DNA of 32,608 nucleotides from a virus (lineage: Duplodnaviria; Heunggongvirae; Uroviricota; Caudoviricetes), in IMG/VR virus record IMGVR_UViG_2667527588_000004. One strand, 5' to 3'. The notes under the pieces were generated by a model. It searched no databases, was not told the origin of the DNA, and was given only the letters and a program-made list of their open reading frames with translations. Within the stretch, counting starts at the first letter, position 1, and each line of letters opens with the position of its first letter. Both the position numbers and the translations under genes were made by a program. Below are positions 24,493 to 32,608 of this stretch, in pieces.

Positions 24493-25458
24493 TTATCCTC
24501 TGAAACCAGGCGGAATTTCTGTATCCGGTTCAGAAATATGATTCACACAACGCTGTACAGGTGAACGTCCCAGGCGGATGACCAGTTCGTCCCATTTTTC
24601 GCGGAGTTTTGACGGGCTCATGATGTTTTTTACCCAGAATGGATCCCGCTGTACCCGACCAAACATTTCGCAAATTTGTCTGTGGCTTCTGCCATCCAGC
24701 ATCCGCATTGTGCGCACGTCATTGGCCCAGGCTGTCCAGTTAGGCTCTTTTGGTCGCATGATCTCTCCATCGTCGCTGGCAGCCTGTTCGTAAAGGTTCA
24801 CGATCCGCCCCCAAATCCACTGCGCACACGCCAAATCCTCCCTGCTACCCCACTGGCGTTTTTTCACACTAAACACAACCGCGTCGGGGTTCCGGGTTAA
24901 AAAATCCTGTTCAGTCGTCTGCGGGTCCGGTTGCGAAGCTTCCGGACGAAAAGTGTTTTTATTCTCTGTAGTAATCTCTGTTGTATTCTCTGTAAGATCA
25001 TCAGGCCATTTTGACCCGATGACATTGGGTCGTTTTGAACCAATGGAGCGTTTCATTTTGACCTCTTCCATCGTGTCATTTTGACCTGATGGAGCGGCGC
25101 ATTTTGAACCGATGGATTCGTTCAATTTGCCACCATCTAAAAGCTCGCTCCCATAGTTGATCGTGTAGAAATTGGTCATATCGCGCTTTGATTTATTGAG
25201 CTTTTCACAACGCAAAAGCCCCAGCGTTTTCAGACTTGCAAACGCGCGTTTTAACGTTGACTCTGACCAGAATGGGAACTGTTCCAGCCATTGTTCCGTT
25301 GTGTTATAAATCCAGCGAACACCATCACATTCCATACCGGAGTTGGTATCTCTCAACCAGTAGTGCAGTTGTTGCAAAACAATGGCTTCGTTTAAGCCGA
25401 TTTTCATTGCCAGCTGCGTGTTTATAACCAGTGGGCGTTCAGCAAAAAGAAGACTCAT
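24493..25458 (-). CDS. Replication initiation protein (lambda O-like replisome organiser) with the origin embedded in the gene
   Basis: Start chosen at ATG 25458 (MSLLFAERPLV); N-terminal DNA-binding-like region, then a segment encoded by 5-6 direct DNA repeats (iterons, 25017-25147) giving repeated SIGSK peptide units. Confidence 0.7.
   Translation of the reverse strand: MSLLFAERPLVINTQLAMKIGLNEAIVLQQLHYWLRDTNSGMECDGVRWIYNTTEQWLEQFPFWSESTLKRAFASLKTLGLLRCEKLNKSKRDMTNFYTINYGSELLDGGKLNESIGSKCAAPSGQNDTMEEVKMKRSIGSKRPNVIGSKWPDDLTENTTEITTENKNTFRPEASQPDPQTTEQDFLTRNPDAVVFSVKKRQWGSREDLACAQWIWGRIVNLYEQAASDDGEIMRPKEPNWTAWANDVRTMRMLDGRSHRQICEMFGRVQRDPFWVKNIMSPSKLREKWDELVIRLGRSPVQRCVNHISEPDTEIPPGFRG
25017..25147. 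repeat. Iteron array, putative origin of replication inside the O-like gene
   Basis: Direct repeats of about 23 bp: CATTTTGACCCGATG..., GTTTTGAACCAATGGAGCG, CATTTTGACCTCTTCC..., CATTTTGACCTGATGGAGCG, CATTTTGAACCGATGGATTCG, TTCAATTTGCC. Confidence 0.7.
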
Positions 25459-25960
25459 AATTCCATCCAGCTTTTTGTTGGTATTGCTGTCGATACGCAA
25501 GCTTGAAAGCAATTGCTTTTTCTATAAGTTCGTCAGTTTCACGATCTACAACGGCAGGATCTGCAAAAAGCAGTCCAGATTCCACCACATCGCCATATTC
25601 TTTATTTAACCCGGCGATCATGTACGTAATACTTTTTCCATCACTGATCTCACGATACAACCTGAAATCACTAATCCGGATAGCCTCCATAATTGCAGGC
25701 ACTAGCGCTGTGAACTTTTCACGCTTATCCCTGGTGTCGATAGCCTTCCAGCGTTCGAATATCTTCACTCGATTAACGCTAAGCGCTCGCTGATCAACCG
25801 CGCCACCTTCATATGTGACACGCTGAACATCGATGTTCGGGCGCTCTTTCAAAGCCCAGAATGCTTCAGTGATTAATATCGTCGCCTGCTCCTGTGTCAT
25901 TCCTGGTCGACATATCCAGGCATCCAGAGCCTCACGAGCTTGTTCAGGAGTGATTTTCAT
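25439..25960 (-). CDS. Putative early regulatory protein (CII-like or YdaT-like), uncertain
   Basis: 173 aa ORF between the cro-like dicC and the replication gene; assignment is positional only. Confidence 0.4.
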   Translation of the reverse strand: MKITPEQAREALDAWICRPGMTQEQATILITEAFWALKERPNIDVQRVTYEGGAVDQRALSVNRVKIFERWKAIDTRDKREKFTALVPAIMEAIRISDFRLYREISDGKSITYMIAGLNKEYGDVVESGLLFADPAVVDRETDELIEKAIAFKLAYRQQYQQKAGWNYESSFC

Positions 25961-26171
25961 TGTTCAACCGCCCCGTCCGCTTCGTCTTACGATATTCGTC
26001 ATAAACTTTGGGATCATACTGAAGCTCCCCGCCAGATGCCTCCTGTAGACGCATCGCGCGACCTTCAGGAACCAGTATCCCCCAAGCAGCAACACTTGCC
26101 AGTCTCACTCCTGCGGCATTGGCAAGCTTTGTTTTGCTGCCAAAAAAAGTAATTGCGTCAACTTTAAGCAT
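25944..26171 (-). CDS. dicC: DicC-like Cro-type regulator
   Basis: About 75 aa transcribed divergently from the repressor gene; GAGGGGG 6 nt upstream of ATG 26171; ...LVPEGRAMRLQEASGGELQYDPKVY... matches DicC as recalled. Confidence 0.7.
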   Translation of the reverse strand: MLKVDAITFFGSKTKLANAAGVRLASVAAWGILVPEGRAMRLQEASGGELQYDPKVYDEYRKTKRTGRLNNENHS

Positions 26172-26184
26172 CAAAGCCCCCTCT

Positions 26185-26202
26185 TGTTAGACTTTTCTAA
26201 CA
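26185..26202. promoter_or_regulatory. Palindromic operator in the dicC-dicA intergenic region
   Basis: TGTTAGA-CTTT-TCTAACA perfect inverted repeat, just upstream of the dicC ribosome binding site. Confidence 0.55.
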
Positions 26203-26251
26203 TTATTGTGCGCGGGATACCTAAGTCAAGAAAAATTAGAATTACCTAACT

Positions 26252-26659
26252 ATGGATACAAGAACCCTAGGCCAGCGAGTTCTGGCGCGACGAAAAGAAT
26301 TACGCTTAACACAACGAGAAGCTGCGCGCCTCGCTGGAGTTGCTCACGTCACAATTTCACAATGGGAAAGAGACGAAACCCAGCCAGTCGGAAAACGATT
26401 GTTTGCTTTAGCGGATGCTCTGAAGTGCTCACCTACATGGCTAATGTTTGGTGATGAAGACAAGGCACCAGTGCCTGCACAAGAACTTCATGTGGAAACA
26501 GAGCTAACTCCCAACCACAAAGAATTGATCGAATTATTCGATGCTCTTCCATCTTCCGAGCAGGAAGCCTTGCTGTCTGAAATGCGCGCAAGAGTAGAAA
26601 ACTTCAACAAACTCTTCGAAGAAATGCTTAAAGCGCGTAAAAATAAATCAATAAAATAA
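26252..26659 (+). CDS. dicA: DicA-like HTH (XRE family) repressor
   Basis: 135 aa; HTH segment LTQREAARLAGVAHVTISQWERDETQP and C-terminal SPTWLMFGDEDK...RARVENFNKLFEEMLKAR closely parallel E. coli DicA as recalled. Confidence 0.85.
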   Translation: MDTRTLGQRVLARRKELRLTQREAARLAGVAHVTISQWERDETQPVGKRLFALADALKCSPTWLMFGDEDKAPVPAQELHVETELTPNHKELIELFDALPSSEQEALLSEMRARVENFNKLFEEMLKARKNKSIK

Positions 26660-26694
26660 CATTCTTTTCAAGTGATTAGTTGCGCCCACTCTTT

Positions 26695-26714
26695 TTGTTA
26701 GACCAACCTAACAA
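26695..26714. promoter_or_regulatory. Second palindromic operator upstream of the ydfA-dicB operon
   Basis: TTGTTAG-ACCAAC-CTAACAA inverted repeat sharing the TTGTTAG half-site with the 26185 palindrome; a further TGTTAGG half-site lies at ~26731. Confidence 0.5.
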
Positions 26715-26827
26715 AAAACACTTGCCTCTCATGTTAGGTTATTCTAAATTACTTTCCATCAAGACACCGCACGGTGTTCTCAGCAAACAGTTCCGCTACC
26801 CCGGCGTTAAGGGGAAATGAGGTCAGC

Positions 26828-26980
26828 ATGGATACTATCGATCTTGGCAACAGCGAATCTCTGGTATGTGGCGTGTTCCCCAACCAGGACGGTACGTTCA
26901 CCGCGATGACATATACCAAAAGCAAAACGTTTAAAACCGAATCTGGCGCGCGTTGCTGGTTAGCCAGAAACACTGACTGA
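26828..26980 (+). CDS. ydfA: YdfA-like small protein (DUF1391)
   Basis: 50 aa from ATG 26828 (GAGG upstream): MDTIDLGNSESLVCGVFPNQDGTFTAMTYTKSKTFKTESGARCWLARNTD, matching Qin YdfA as recalled. Confidence 0.7.
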   Translation: MDTIDLGNSESLVCGVFPNQDGTFTAMTYTKSKTFKTESGARCWLARNTD

Positions 26981-26991
26981 TGAGGCTGACG

Positions 26992-27357
26992 ATGGAATTT
27001 AAAGATTTACCGTCTGATGTACAGAAAACAGCAGCTCATACATTGCATTCTGTGCTGCGAGAAATCGGGAAAGATATTGCAAGCGAGCCAGCAAAAGATC
27101 TGGCCCGGAAAATCAAGACCGCTTTCGTTGAGCTTTATAATGTTGGCACTGACTCTGAAACTGTCGAGACCAAGACCGTAAGTTCACCAATATTCTCACT
27201 TGAGCCAGGCGTATTATCAGGTGAAATATGCGCCGAGATTTCCAGCGAACTGCTTCCGGTAATACGAGAAGCAATTTGCCGTCGCGGTTTGGATGGAAGT
27301 TACGATCATGACGTCCTGCAAGTTCTCAGGACAATGGTAACTTCACTGGGGATTTGA
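26992..27357 (+). CDS. Hypothetical protein in the dicB operon
   Basis: About 121 aa from ATG 26992 with GAGG 5 nt upstream; occupies the ydfB/ydfC position of Qin but is larger; no motif recognised. Confidence 0.5.
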   Translation: MEFKDLPSDVQKTAAHTLHSVLREIGKDIASEPAKDLARKIKTAFVELYNVGTDSETVETKTVSSPIFSLEPGVLSGEICAEISSELLPVIREAICRRGLDGSYDHDVLQVLRTMVTSLGI

Positions 27358-27526
27358 TCCCTGCGTCCTCTAACCTTTTGATATAGCGGTCCTCCAAGAA
27401 GCGGTAAATTTTGTCGAAATCATCTTTCCCCTCTGGTTTATTCAGAGGATTACAGGACCCGTAAGTAGCGGCATACATTTCAACCGTTTTATCAAAAATA
27501 TAAGAGACAAATTCTTCTTTAGTCAT
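27326..27526 (-). CDS. Small hypothetical protein (66 aa) antisense to the dicB operon
   Basis: ATG 27526 with AAGGA 8 nt upstream; MTKEEFVSYIFDKTVEMYAATYGSCNPLNKPEGKDDFDKIYRFLEDRYIKRLEDAGIKS...; region is locally AT-richer. Confidence 0.4.
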   Translation of the reverse strand: MTKEEFVSYIFDKTVEMYAATYGSCNPLNKPEGKDDFDKIYRFLEDRYIKRLEDAGIKSPVKLPLS

Positions 27527-27801
27527 ATAGATTTCCTTCTTGGTTATTCGGGATAAGAAGGATACCACCTCGCCTGACGTGGTTAAAAGCAGGCACACAA
27601 CACGAAAGCGCACGGCGAAGTTCGTCTCACTGTACGGTGTCGTTAAATTTAATTCGACCGTGCGCTTCCGGTTGTGGCAACCCGCGAAATGGCGCGGCGG
27701 TAAGTATGGCGGGGTTATTCCTTCCCCGTTGAGGACACCGAGTTGTCAGGTTGACCATACGCTTAAGTGACAACCCCGCTGCAACGCCCTCTGTTATCAA
27801 T

Positions 27802-27855
27802 TTTCTGGTGACGTTTGGCGGTATCAGTTTTACTCCGTGACTGCTCTGCCGCCGT
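27802..27855 (+). ncRNA. dicF: DicF small regulatory RNA
   Basis: TTTCTGGTGACGTTTGGCGGTATCAGTTTTACTCCGTGACTGCTCUGCCGCC followed by TTTTT matches the ~53-nt DicF RNA as I recall it; lies just upstream of dicB as in Qin. Confidence 0.75.
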
Positions 27856-28028
27856 TTTTAAAGTGAATTTTGTGATGCGGTGAATGCGGCTAAGCGCACG
27901 CGGAACAGTTAAAACCAAAAACAGTGTTATGGGTGGATTCTCTGTATCCGGCGTTAATTGTTAACTGGTTAACGTCACCTGGAGGCACCAGGCACTGCAT
28001 CACAAAATTCATTGTTGAGGACGCGATA

Positions 28029-28217
28029 ATGAAAACGTTATTACCAAACGTTAATACGTCTGAAGGTTGTTTTGAAATTGGTGTCACTATCAGTAACCCT
28101 GTATTTACTGAAGATGCCATTAACAAGAGAAAACAAGAACGGGAGCTATTAAATAAAATATGCATTGTTTCAATGCTGGCTCGTTTACGTCTGATGCCAA
28201 AAGGATGTGCACAATGA
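28029..28217 (+). CDS. dicB: Cell division inhibitor DicB
   Basis: 62 aa from ATG 28029 (GAGGA upstream): MKTLLPNVNTSEGCFEIGVTISNPVFTEDAINKRKQERELLNKICIVSMLARLRLMPKGCAQ, matching DicB as recalled. Confidence 0.85.
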   Translation: MKTLLPNVNTSEGCFEIGVTISNPVFTEDAINKRKQERELLNKICIVSMLARLRLMPKGCAQ

Positions 28218-28405
28218 ATTCAGCATTTGCGCTTGTTCTGACAGTTTTTCTTGTTTCCGGAGAGCCAGTTGATATTGCAGTCAGTGTTCACAGGACAATG
28301 CAGGAGTGTATGACTGCAGCAACCGAACAGAAAATTCCCGGTAACTGTTACCCGGTCGATAAAGTTATTCACCAGAATAATATCGAAATCCCGGCAGGTC
28401 TTTAA
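28214..28405 (+). CDS. ydfD: YdfD-like small membrane protein
   Basis: 63 aa from ATG 28214, overlapping the dicB stop (ATGA); MNSAFALVLTVFLVSGEPVDIAVSV... N-terminal TM segment; matches Qin YdfD in size and position. Confidence 0.7.
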   Translation: MNSAFALVLTVFLVSGEPVDIAVSVHRTMQECMTAATEQKIPGNCYPVDKVIHQNNIEIPAGL

Positions 28406-28497
28406 AACAGTTCCGTAATAAATATCCGGTTTCATTCTTATATGCCAGCAATGGCAGGGATTTGTTCATCCTTAAATCTGTCATGAGGTAAAAAAAA

Positions 28498-30969
28498 ATG
28501 AGTAAAGTCTTTATTTGCGCCGCTATTCCTGACGAACTGGCAACAAGGGAAGAAGGCGCGGTGGCTGTAGCCACAGCCATTGAAGCTGGCGACGAACGCC
28601 GTGCTCGAGCAAAATTTCACTGGCAGTTCCTGGAACATTATCCGGCTGCTCAGGACTGCGCTTATAAATTTATTATCTGCGAGGATAAACCTGGCATACC
28701 CCGCCCTGCCCTCGATTCATGGGATGCTGAATATATGCAGGAAAACCGCTGGGATGAGGAGTCTGCTTCTTTTGTCCCCGTTGAGACTGAATCCGATCCG
28801 ATGAACGTCACTTTTGACAAGCTGGCCCCTGAAGTACAGAACGCTGTCATGGTTAAGTTCGACACATGTGAAAACATCACCGTTGATATGGTTATTAGCG
28901 CACAGGAATTGTTGCAGGAAGACATGGCAACATTCGACGGACATATCGTTGAAGCGTTGATGAAAATGCCAGAAGTTAACGCCATGTATCCGGAGCTTAA
29001 GTTGCACGCCATTGGGTGGGTTAAGCATAAATGTATTCCTGGTGCTAAATGGCCCGAAATTCAGGCAGAGATGCGCATCTGGAAAAAACGTCGCGAAGGT
29101 GAACGCAAGGAAACCGGAAAATACACGTCTGTTGTTGATCTCGCCCGCGCCAGAGCCAATCAACAGTACACTGAAAATTCAACAGGAAAAATCAGCCCGG
29201 TCATTGCTGCCATTCATCGCGAATACAAGCAGACATGGAAAACACTGGATGACGAACTGGCCTACGCTCTCTGGCCTGGTGATGTGGATGCCGGAAACAT
29301 TGACGGCAGCATCCATCGCTGGGCAAAAAAAGAAGTTATCGACAACGACCGCGAAGACTGGAAGCGTATCTCGGCATCAATGCGCAAACAGCCTGATGCC
29401 CTTCGCTACGACCGCCAAACTATTTTTGGCCTTGTCCGTGAGCGTCCGATCGACATTCACAAAGATCCCGTAGCACTGAACAAATATATCTGCGAATACC
29501 TGACGACAAAGGGCGTGTTTGAGAATGAAGAAACAGACCTGGGCACTGTTGATGTTCTCCAGTCATCAGAAACACAAACTGATGCAGTGGAAACTGAGGT
29601 ATCTGATATCCCAAAAAATGAAACCGCACCGGAAGCTGAACCATCTGTAGAGCGTGAGGGGCCGTTCTATTTCCTCTTCGCAGATAAGGACGGAGAAAAA
29701 TACGGTCGCGCAAACAAACTTTCTGGTCTGGATAAGGCACTGGCTGCTGGCGCCACTGAAATCACAAAAGAAGAATATTTTGCCCGAAAAAATGGCACAT
29801 ACACGGGCTTACCGCAAAATGTAGATACCGCTGAAGATTCAGAACAACCAGAGCCGATAAAAGTTACCGCTGACGAAGTAAACAAAATTATGCAGGCAGC
29901 CAATATCAGCCAGCCTGACGCCGATAAGTTGCTTGCTGCATCACGTGGTGAATTTGTTGAAGGGATTAGTGACCCGAATGATCCGAAATGGGTTAAGGGG
30001 ATCCAGACCCGCGATTCTGTGAACCAGAACCAGCATGAATCGGAACGGAACTACCAAAAAGCGGAACAAAACAGCCCAAATGCGTTACAAAACGAGCCAG
30101 AAACGAAACAGCCTGAACCAGTGGCGCAACAGGAAGTGGAAAAAGTCTGCACCGCCTGCGGTCAGACCGGCGGCGGCAACTGCCCTGATTGTGGCGCGGT
30201 GATGGGCGACGCAACATACCAAGAAACATTCGATGAAGAGTATCAGGTTGAAGTTCAGGAAGATGATCCGGAGGAAATGGAAGGCGCTGAACATCCACAC
30301 AAGGAGAACACTGGCGGCAATCAGCATCACAATAGCGATAATGAAACTGGCGAGACGGCAGATCACTCAATTAAGGTGAACGGTCATCACGAAATCACAT
30401 CCACCAGCAGGACGTGTGACCATCTAATGATCGACCTTGAAACCATGGGAAAAAATCCTGATGCCCCGATCATCTCAATAGGTGCAATATTTTTCGATCC
30501 GCAAACCGGAGATATGGGACCGGAATTTAGTAAGACTATCGATCTGGAAACTGCTGGCGGAGTCATTGATCGGGACACCATTAAATGGTGGCTTAAGCAA
30601 TCACGCGAAGCGCAATCTGCCATTATGACCGATGAAATCCCGTTAGATGATGCACTGTTACAATTGCGGGAATTTATCGACGAAAACTCCGGTGAATTTT
30701 TTGTTCAGGTTTGGGGAAATGGAGCCAACTTCGACAACACGATTTTGCGCCGTTCATACGAACGGCAGGGGATCCCCTGCCCGTGGCGTTACTACAACGA
30801 TCGCGATGTACGCACAATCGTTGAGCTGGGGAAAGCCATAGACTTCGATGCCAGAACGGCTATTCCATTCGAAGGTGAGCGCCATAATGCACTTGATGAC
30901 GCCCGTTACCAGGCAAAATACGTTTCAGTTATCTGGCAAAAACTGATCCCGAGTCAGGCTGATTCTTAA
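28498..30969 (+). CDS. Large YdfE-like protein with central zinc ribbon and C-terminal DEDD-type 3'-5' exonuclease domain
   Basis: 823 aa; GAGG upstream of ATG; central CTACGQTGGGNCPDCG; C-terminal ~190 aa carries DnaQ-like motifs (MIDLETMG, WGNGANFDNTIL, ERHNALDDARYQ); occupies the ydfE position after dicB-ydfD. Confidence 0.7.
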   Translation: MSKVFICAAIPDELATREEGAVAVATAIEAGDERRARAKFHWQFLEHYPAAQDCAYKFIICEDKPGIPRPALDSWDAEYMQENRWDEESASFVPVETESDPMNVTFDKLAPEVQNAVMVKFDTCENITVDMVISAQELLQEDMATFDGHIVEALMKMPEVNAMYPELKLHAIGWVKHKCIPGAKWPEIQAEMRIWKKRREGERKETGKYTSVVDLARARANQQYTENSTGKISPVIAAIHREYKQTWKTLDDELAYALWPGDVDAGNIDGSIHRWAKKEVIDNDREDWKRISASMRKQPDALRYDRQTIFGLVRERPIDIHKDPVALNKYICEYLTTKGVFENEETDLGTVDVLQSSETQTDAVETEVSDIPKNETAPEAEPSVEREGPFYFLFADKDGEKYGRANKLSGLDKALAAGATEITKEEYFARKNGTYTGLPQNVDTAEDSEQPEPIKVTADEVNKIMQAANISQPDADKLLAASRGEFVEGISDPNDPKWVKGIQTRDSVNQNQHESERNYQKAEQNSPNALQNEPETKQPEPVAQQEVEKVCTACGQTGGGNCPDCGAVMGDATYQETFDEEYQVEVQEDDPEEMEGAEHPHKENTGGNQHHNSDNETGETADHSIKVNGHHEITSTSRTCDHLMIDLETMGKNPDAPIISIGAIFFDPQTGDMGPEFSKTIDLETAGGVIDRDTIKWWLKQSREAQSAIMTDEIPLDDALLQLREFIDENSGEFFVQVWGNGANFDNTILRRSYERQGIPCPWRYYNDRDVRTIVELGKAIDFDARTAIPFEGERHNALDDARYQAKYVSVIWQKLIPSQADS

Positions 30970-31041
30970 TGTTCAACTGTCGCCGGTTGTGACTGGTATT
31001 TTGCAACCGGCGCTCGTCTGATGTAAGAGATAAAGAAATCG

Positions 31042-31293
31042 ATGAGCGAAGTAATCATGATTGTCTCTCCCGGCAAATGGGTATCCGAAGAGCAGTTAAT
31101 TGCGCTGAAAGGAATAAAAAAAGGTACGTTAAAAAAGGCCCGGGAAAAATCGTTTATGGAAGGAAGGGAATATAAGCATGTCGCTCATGACGGTATGCCA
31201 TGGGATAACAGTCCATGCTTTTACAACCTAGAAGAAATTGATCGCTGGATTGAGCGCCAGGCATCAGCGAGACCAAGACGTCATCTTACTTGA
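31042..31293 (+). CDS. Excisionase-like / small DNA-binding protein
   Basis: 83 aa ORF immediately upstream of the integrase; basic; assignment is positional. Confidence 0.5.
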   Translation: MSEVIMIVSPGKWVSEEQLIALKGIKKGTLKKAREKSFMEGREYKHVAHDGMPWDNSPCFYNLEEIDRWIERQASARPRRHLT

Positions 31294-31312
31294 CTAAAAG
31301 CCACACTAACTA

Positions 31313-32608
31313 ATGAGAGAAGTTGAAATGAAATATCCGACAGGCGTGGAAAACCATGGAGGGAAATTACGTATCTGGTTTGTTTATAAAGGCGTAAGAG
31401 TCAGGGAAAATCTGGGGGTTCCTGACACAGCAAAAAACAGGCGCGTTGCAGGTGAACTACGCGCCTCTGTTTGTTACGCAATAAAAACTGGTGTTTTCGA
31501 CTATGCAAAACAGTTTCCCTCCTCACGCAATCTGGAAAAATTTGGTGAGGCCCGACAAGATTTAACCATAAAAGAACTGGCTGAAAAATTTCTGGCACTG
31601 AAAGAAACTGAAGTCGCCAAAACATCACTCAACACATACCGTGCCGTCATCAAAAATATCCTGAGCATAATCGGTGAAAAAAATCTTGCCTCATCGATTA
31701 ATAAAGAAAAATTACTGGAGGTTCGTAAAGAGCTACTGACTGGATACCAGATCCCCAAAAGTAACTATATTGTTACACAACCAGGGAGATCGGCTGTAAC
31801 TGTAAATAATTACATGACAAATCTTAACGCCGTGTTCCAGTTTGGTGTTGATAACGGTTACCTGGCAGATAATCCGTTTAAGGGGATCTCGCCATTAAAG
31901 GAATCAAGAACCATTCCGGATCCTCTTTCGCGGGAGGAATTTATCCGTCTTATCGATGCGTGCAGAAATCAGCAAGCAAAAAATTTATGGTGTGTTTCTG
32001 TTTATACTGGCGTTCGCCCTGGTGAGCTGTGTGCACTTGGATGGGAGGACATAGATCTGAAAAATGGAACAATGATGATCAGGAGAAATTTAGCAAAAGA
32101 CCGTTTCACGGTACCAAAAACACAGGCGGGAACCAATCGGGTCATTCATCTTATTAAGCCAGCAATCGACGCTCTCCGGAGTCAGATGACATTAACGAGA
32201 CTGAGCAAAGAGCATATCATTGATGTTCACCTCAGAGAGTATGGCAGAACAGAAAAACAAAAATGCACCTTTGTTTTTCAACCTGAAGTGTCAGCGAGAG
32301 TAAAAAATTATGGTGACCATTTTACCGTTGACTCAATAAGGCAGATGTGGGACGCAGCGATAAAACGTGCCGGACTCCGCCATCGAAAATCATATCAGTC
32401 GAGACATACTTATGCCTGCTGGTCGCTGACAGCTGGTGCTAACCCGGCATTTATAGCAAACCAGATGGGCCATGCAGATGCGCAAATGGTATTTCAGGTA
32501 TACGGAAAATGGATGTCTGAAAACAATAATGCACAGGTAGCTTTGTTAAATACACAGTTAAGCGAGTTTGCCCCAACCATGCCCCATAACGAAGCAATGA
32601 AAAATTAA
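31313..32608 (+). CDS. int: Tyrosine-type site-specific integrase
   Basis: 431 aa; C-terminal catalytic region with conserved R...HxxR...Y elements (RHRKSYQSRHTYACW, MGHADAQMVFQVYGKW); alternative start at ATG 31328; stop codon is the last 3 nt of the window. Confidence 0.9.
   Translation: MREVEMKYPTGVENHGGKLRIWFVYKGVRVRENLGVPDTAKNRRVAGELRASVCYAIKTGVFDYAKQFPSSRNLEKFGEARQDLTIKELAEKFLALKETEVAKTSLNTYRAVIKNILSIIGEKNLASSINKEKLLEVRKELLTGYQIPKSNYIVTQPGRSAVTVNNYMTNLNAVFQFGVDNGYLADNPFKGISPLKESRTIPDPLSREEFIRLIDACRNQQAKNLWCVSVYTGVRPGELCALGWEDIDLKNGTMMIRRNLAKDRFTVPKTQAGTNRVIHLIKPAIDALRSQMTLTRLSKEHIIDVHLREYGRTEKQKCTFVFQPEVSARVKNYGDHFTVDSIRQMWDAAIKRAGLRHRKSYQSRHTYACWSLTAGANPAFIANQMGHADAQMVFQVYGKWMSENNNAQVALLNTQLSEFAPTMPHNEAMKN

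Noticed and set aside
25017-25147. Possible CRISPR array suggested by tandem repeats
   Set aside because: Repeats are ~23 bp, degenerate, without unique spacers or cas genes, and lie inside the replication initiator ORF; they are origin iterons.
28580-30623. Multiple overlapping ORFs on both strands within the 823-aa gene (e.g. 28717..29163 -, 29012..29473 +, 29993..30370 -)
   Set aside because: All are contained in or antisense to the long plus-strand ORF, which has a clear ribosome binding site and conserved exonuclease motifs.

Overview
The window reads as one nearly complete lambdoid prophage of an Enterobacteriaceae host (most consistent with Escherichia/Shigella, Qin-like), lying in inverted orientation. 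The minus strand carries, from low to high coordinates, a lambda-type tail module (L partial, M, H, T, G, V, U, Z, FII-like), a head module with a ClpP-like protease fused to the major capsid protein, portal, gpW, terminase large and small subunits, a likely cos region, a lysis cassette (Rz/Rz1, SAR endolysin, YdfR-like gene, S21-like pinholin), four tRNA-like genes, a Q-like antiterminator with a downstream late promoter and terminator, RusA, a DUF968 protein, a Rem-like protein and a hok/mok toxin locus. Next comes a visibly AT-rich, translationally coupled three-gene operon (20729-23731) whose products I cannot assign to any family; this is the best candidate for an undescribed accessory or anti-phage system. 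Beyond it are a replication gene with embedded iterons, a DicC/DicA immunity switch with palindromic operators, a plus-strand ydfA-dicF-dicB-ydfD operon, a large YdfE-like protein with a C-terminal DEDD-type exonuclease domain, an excisionase-like gene and an integrase ending at the window edge. All calls rest on reading the sequence and ORF translations against remembered protein families; no searches were run.
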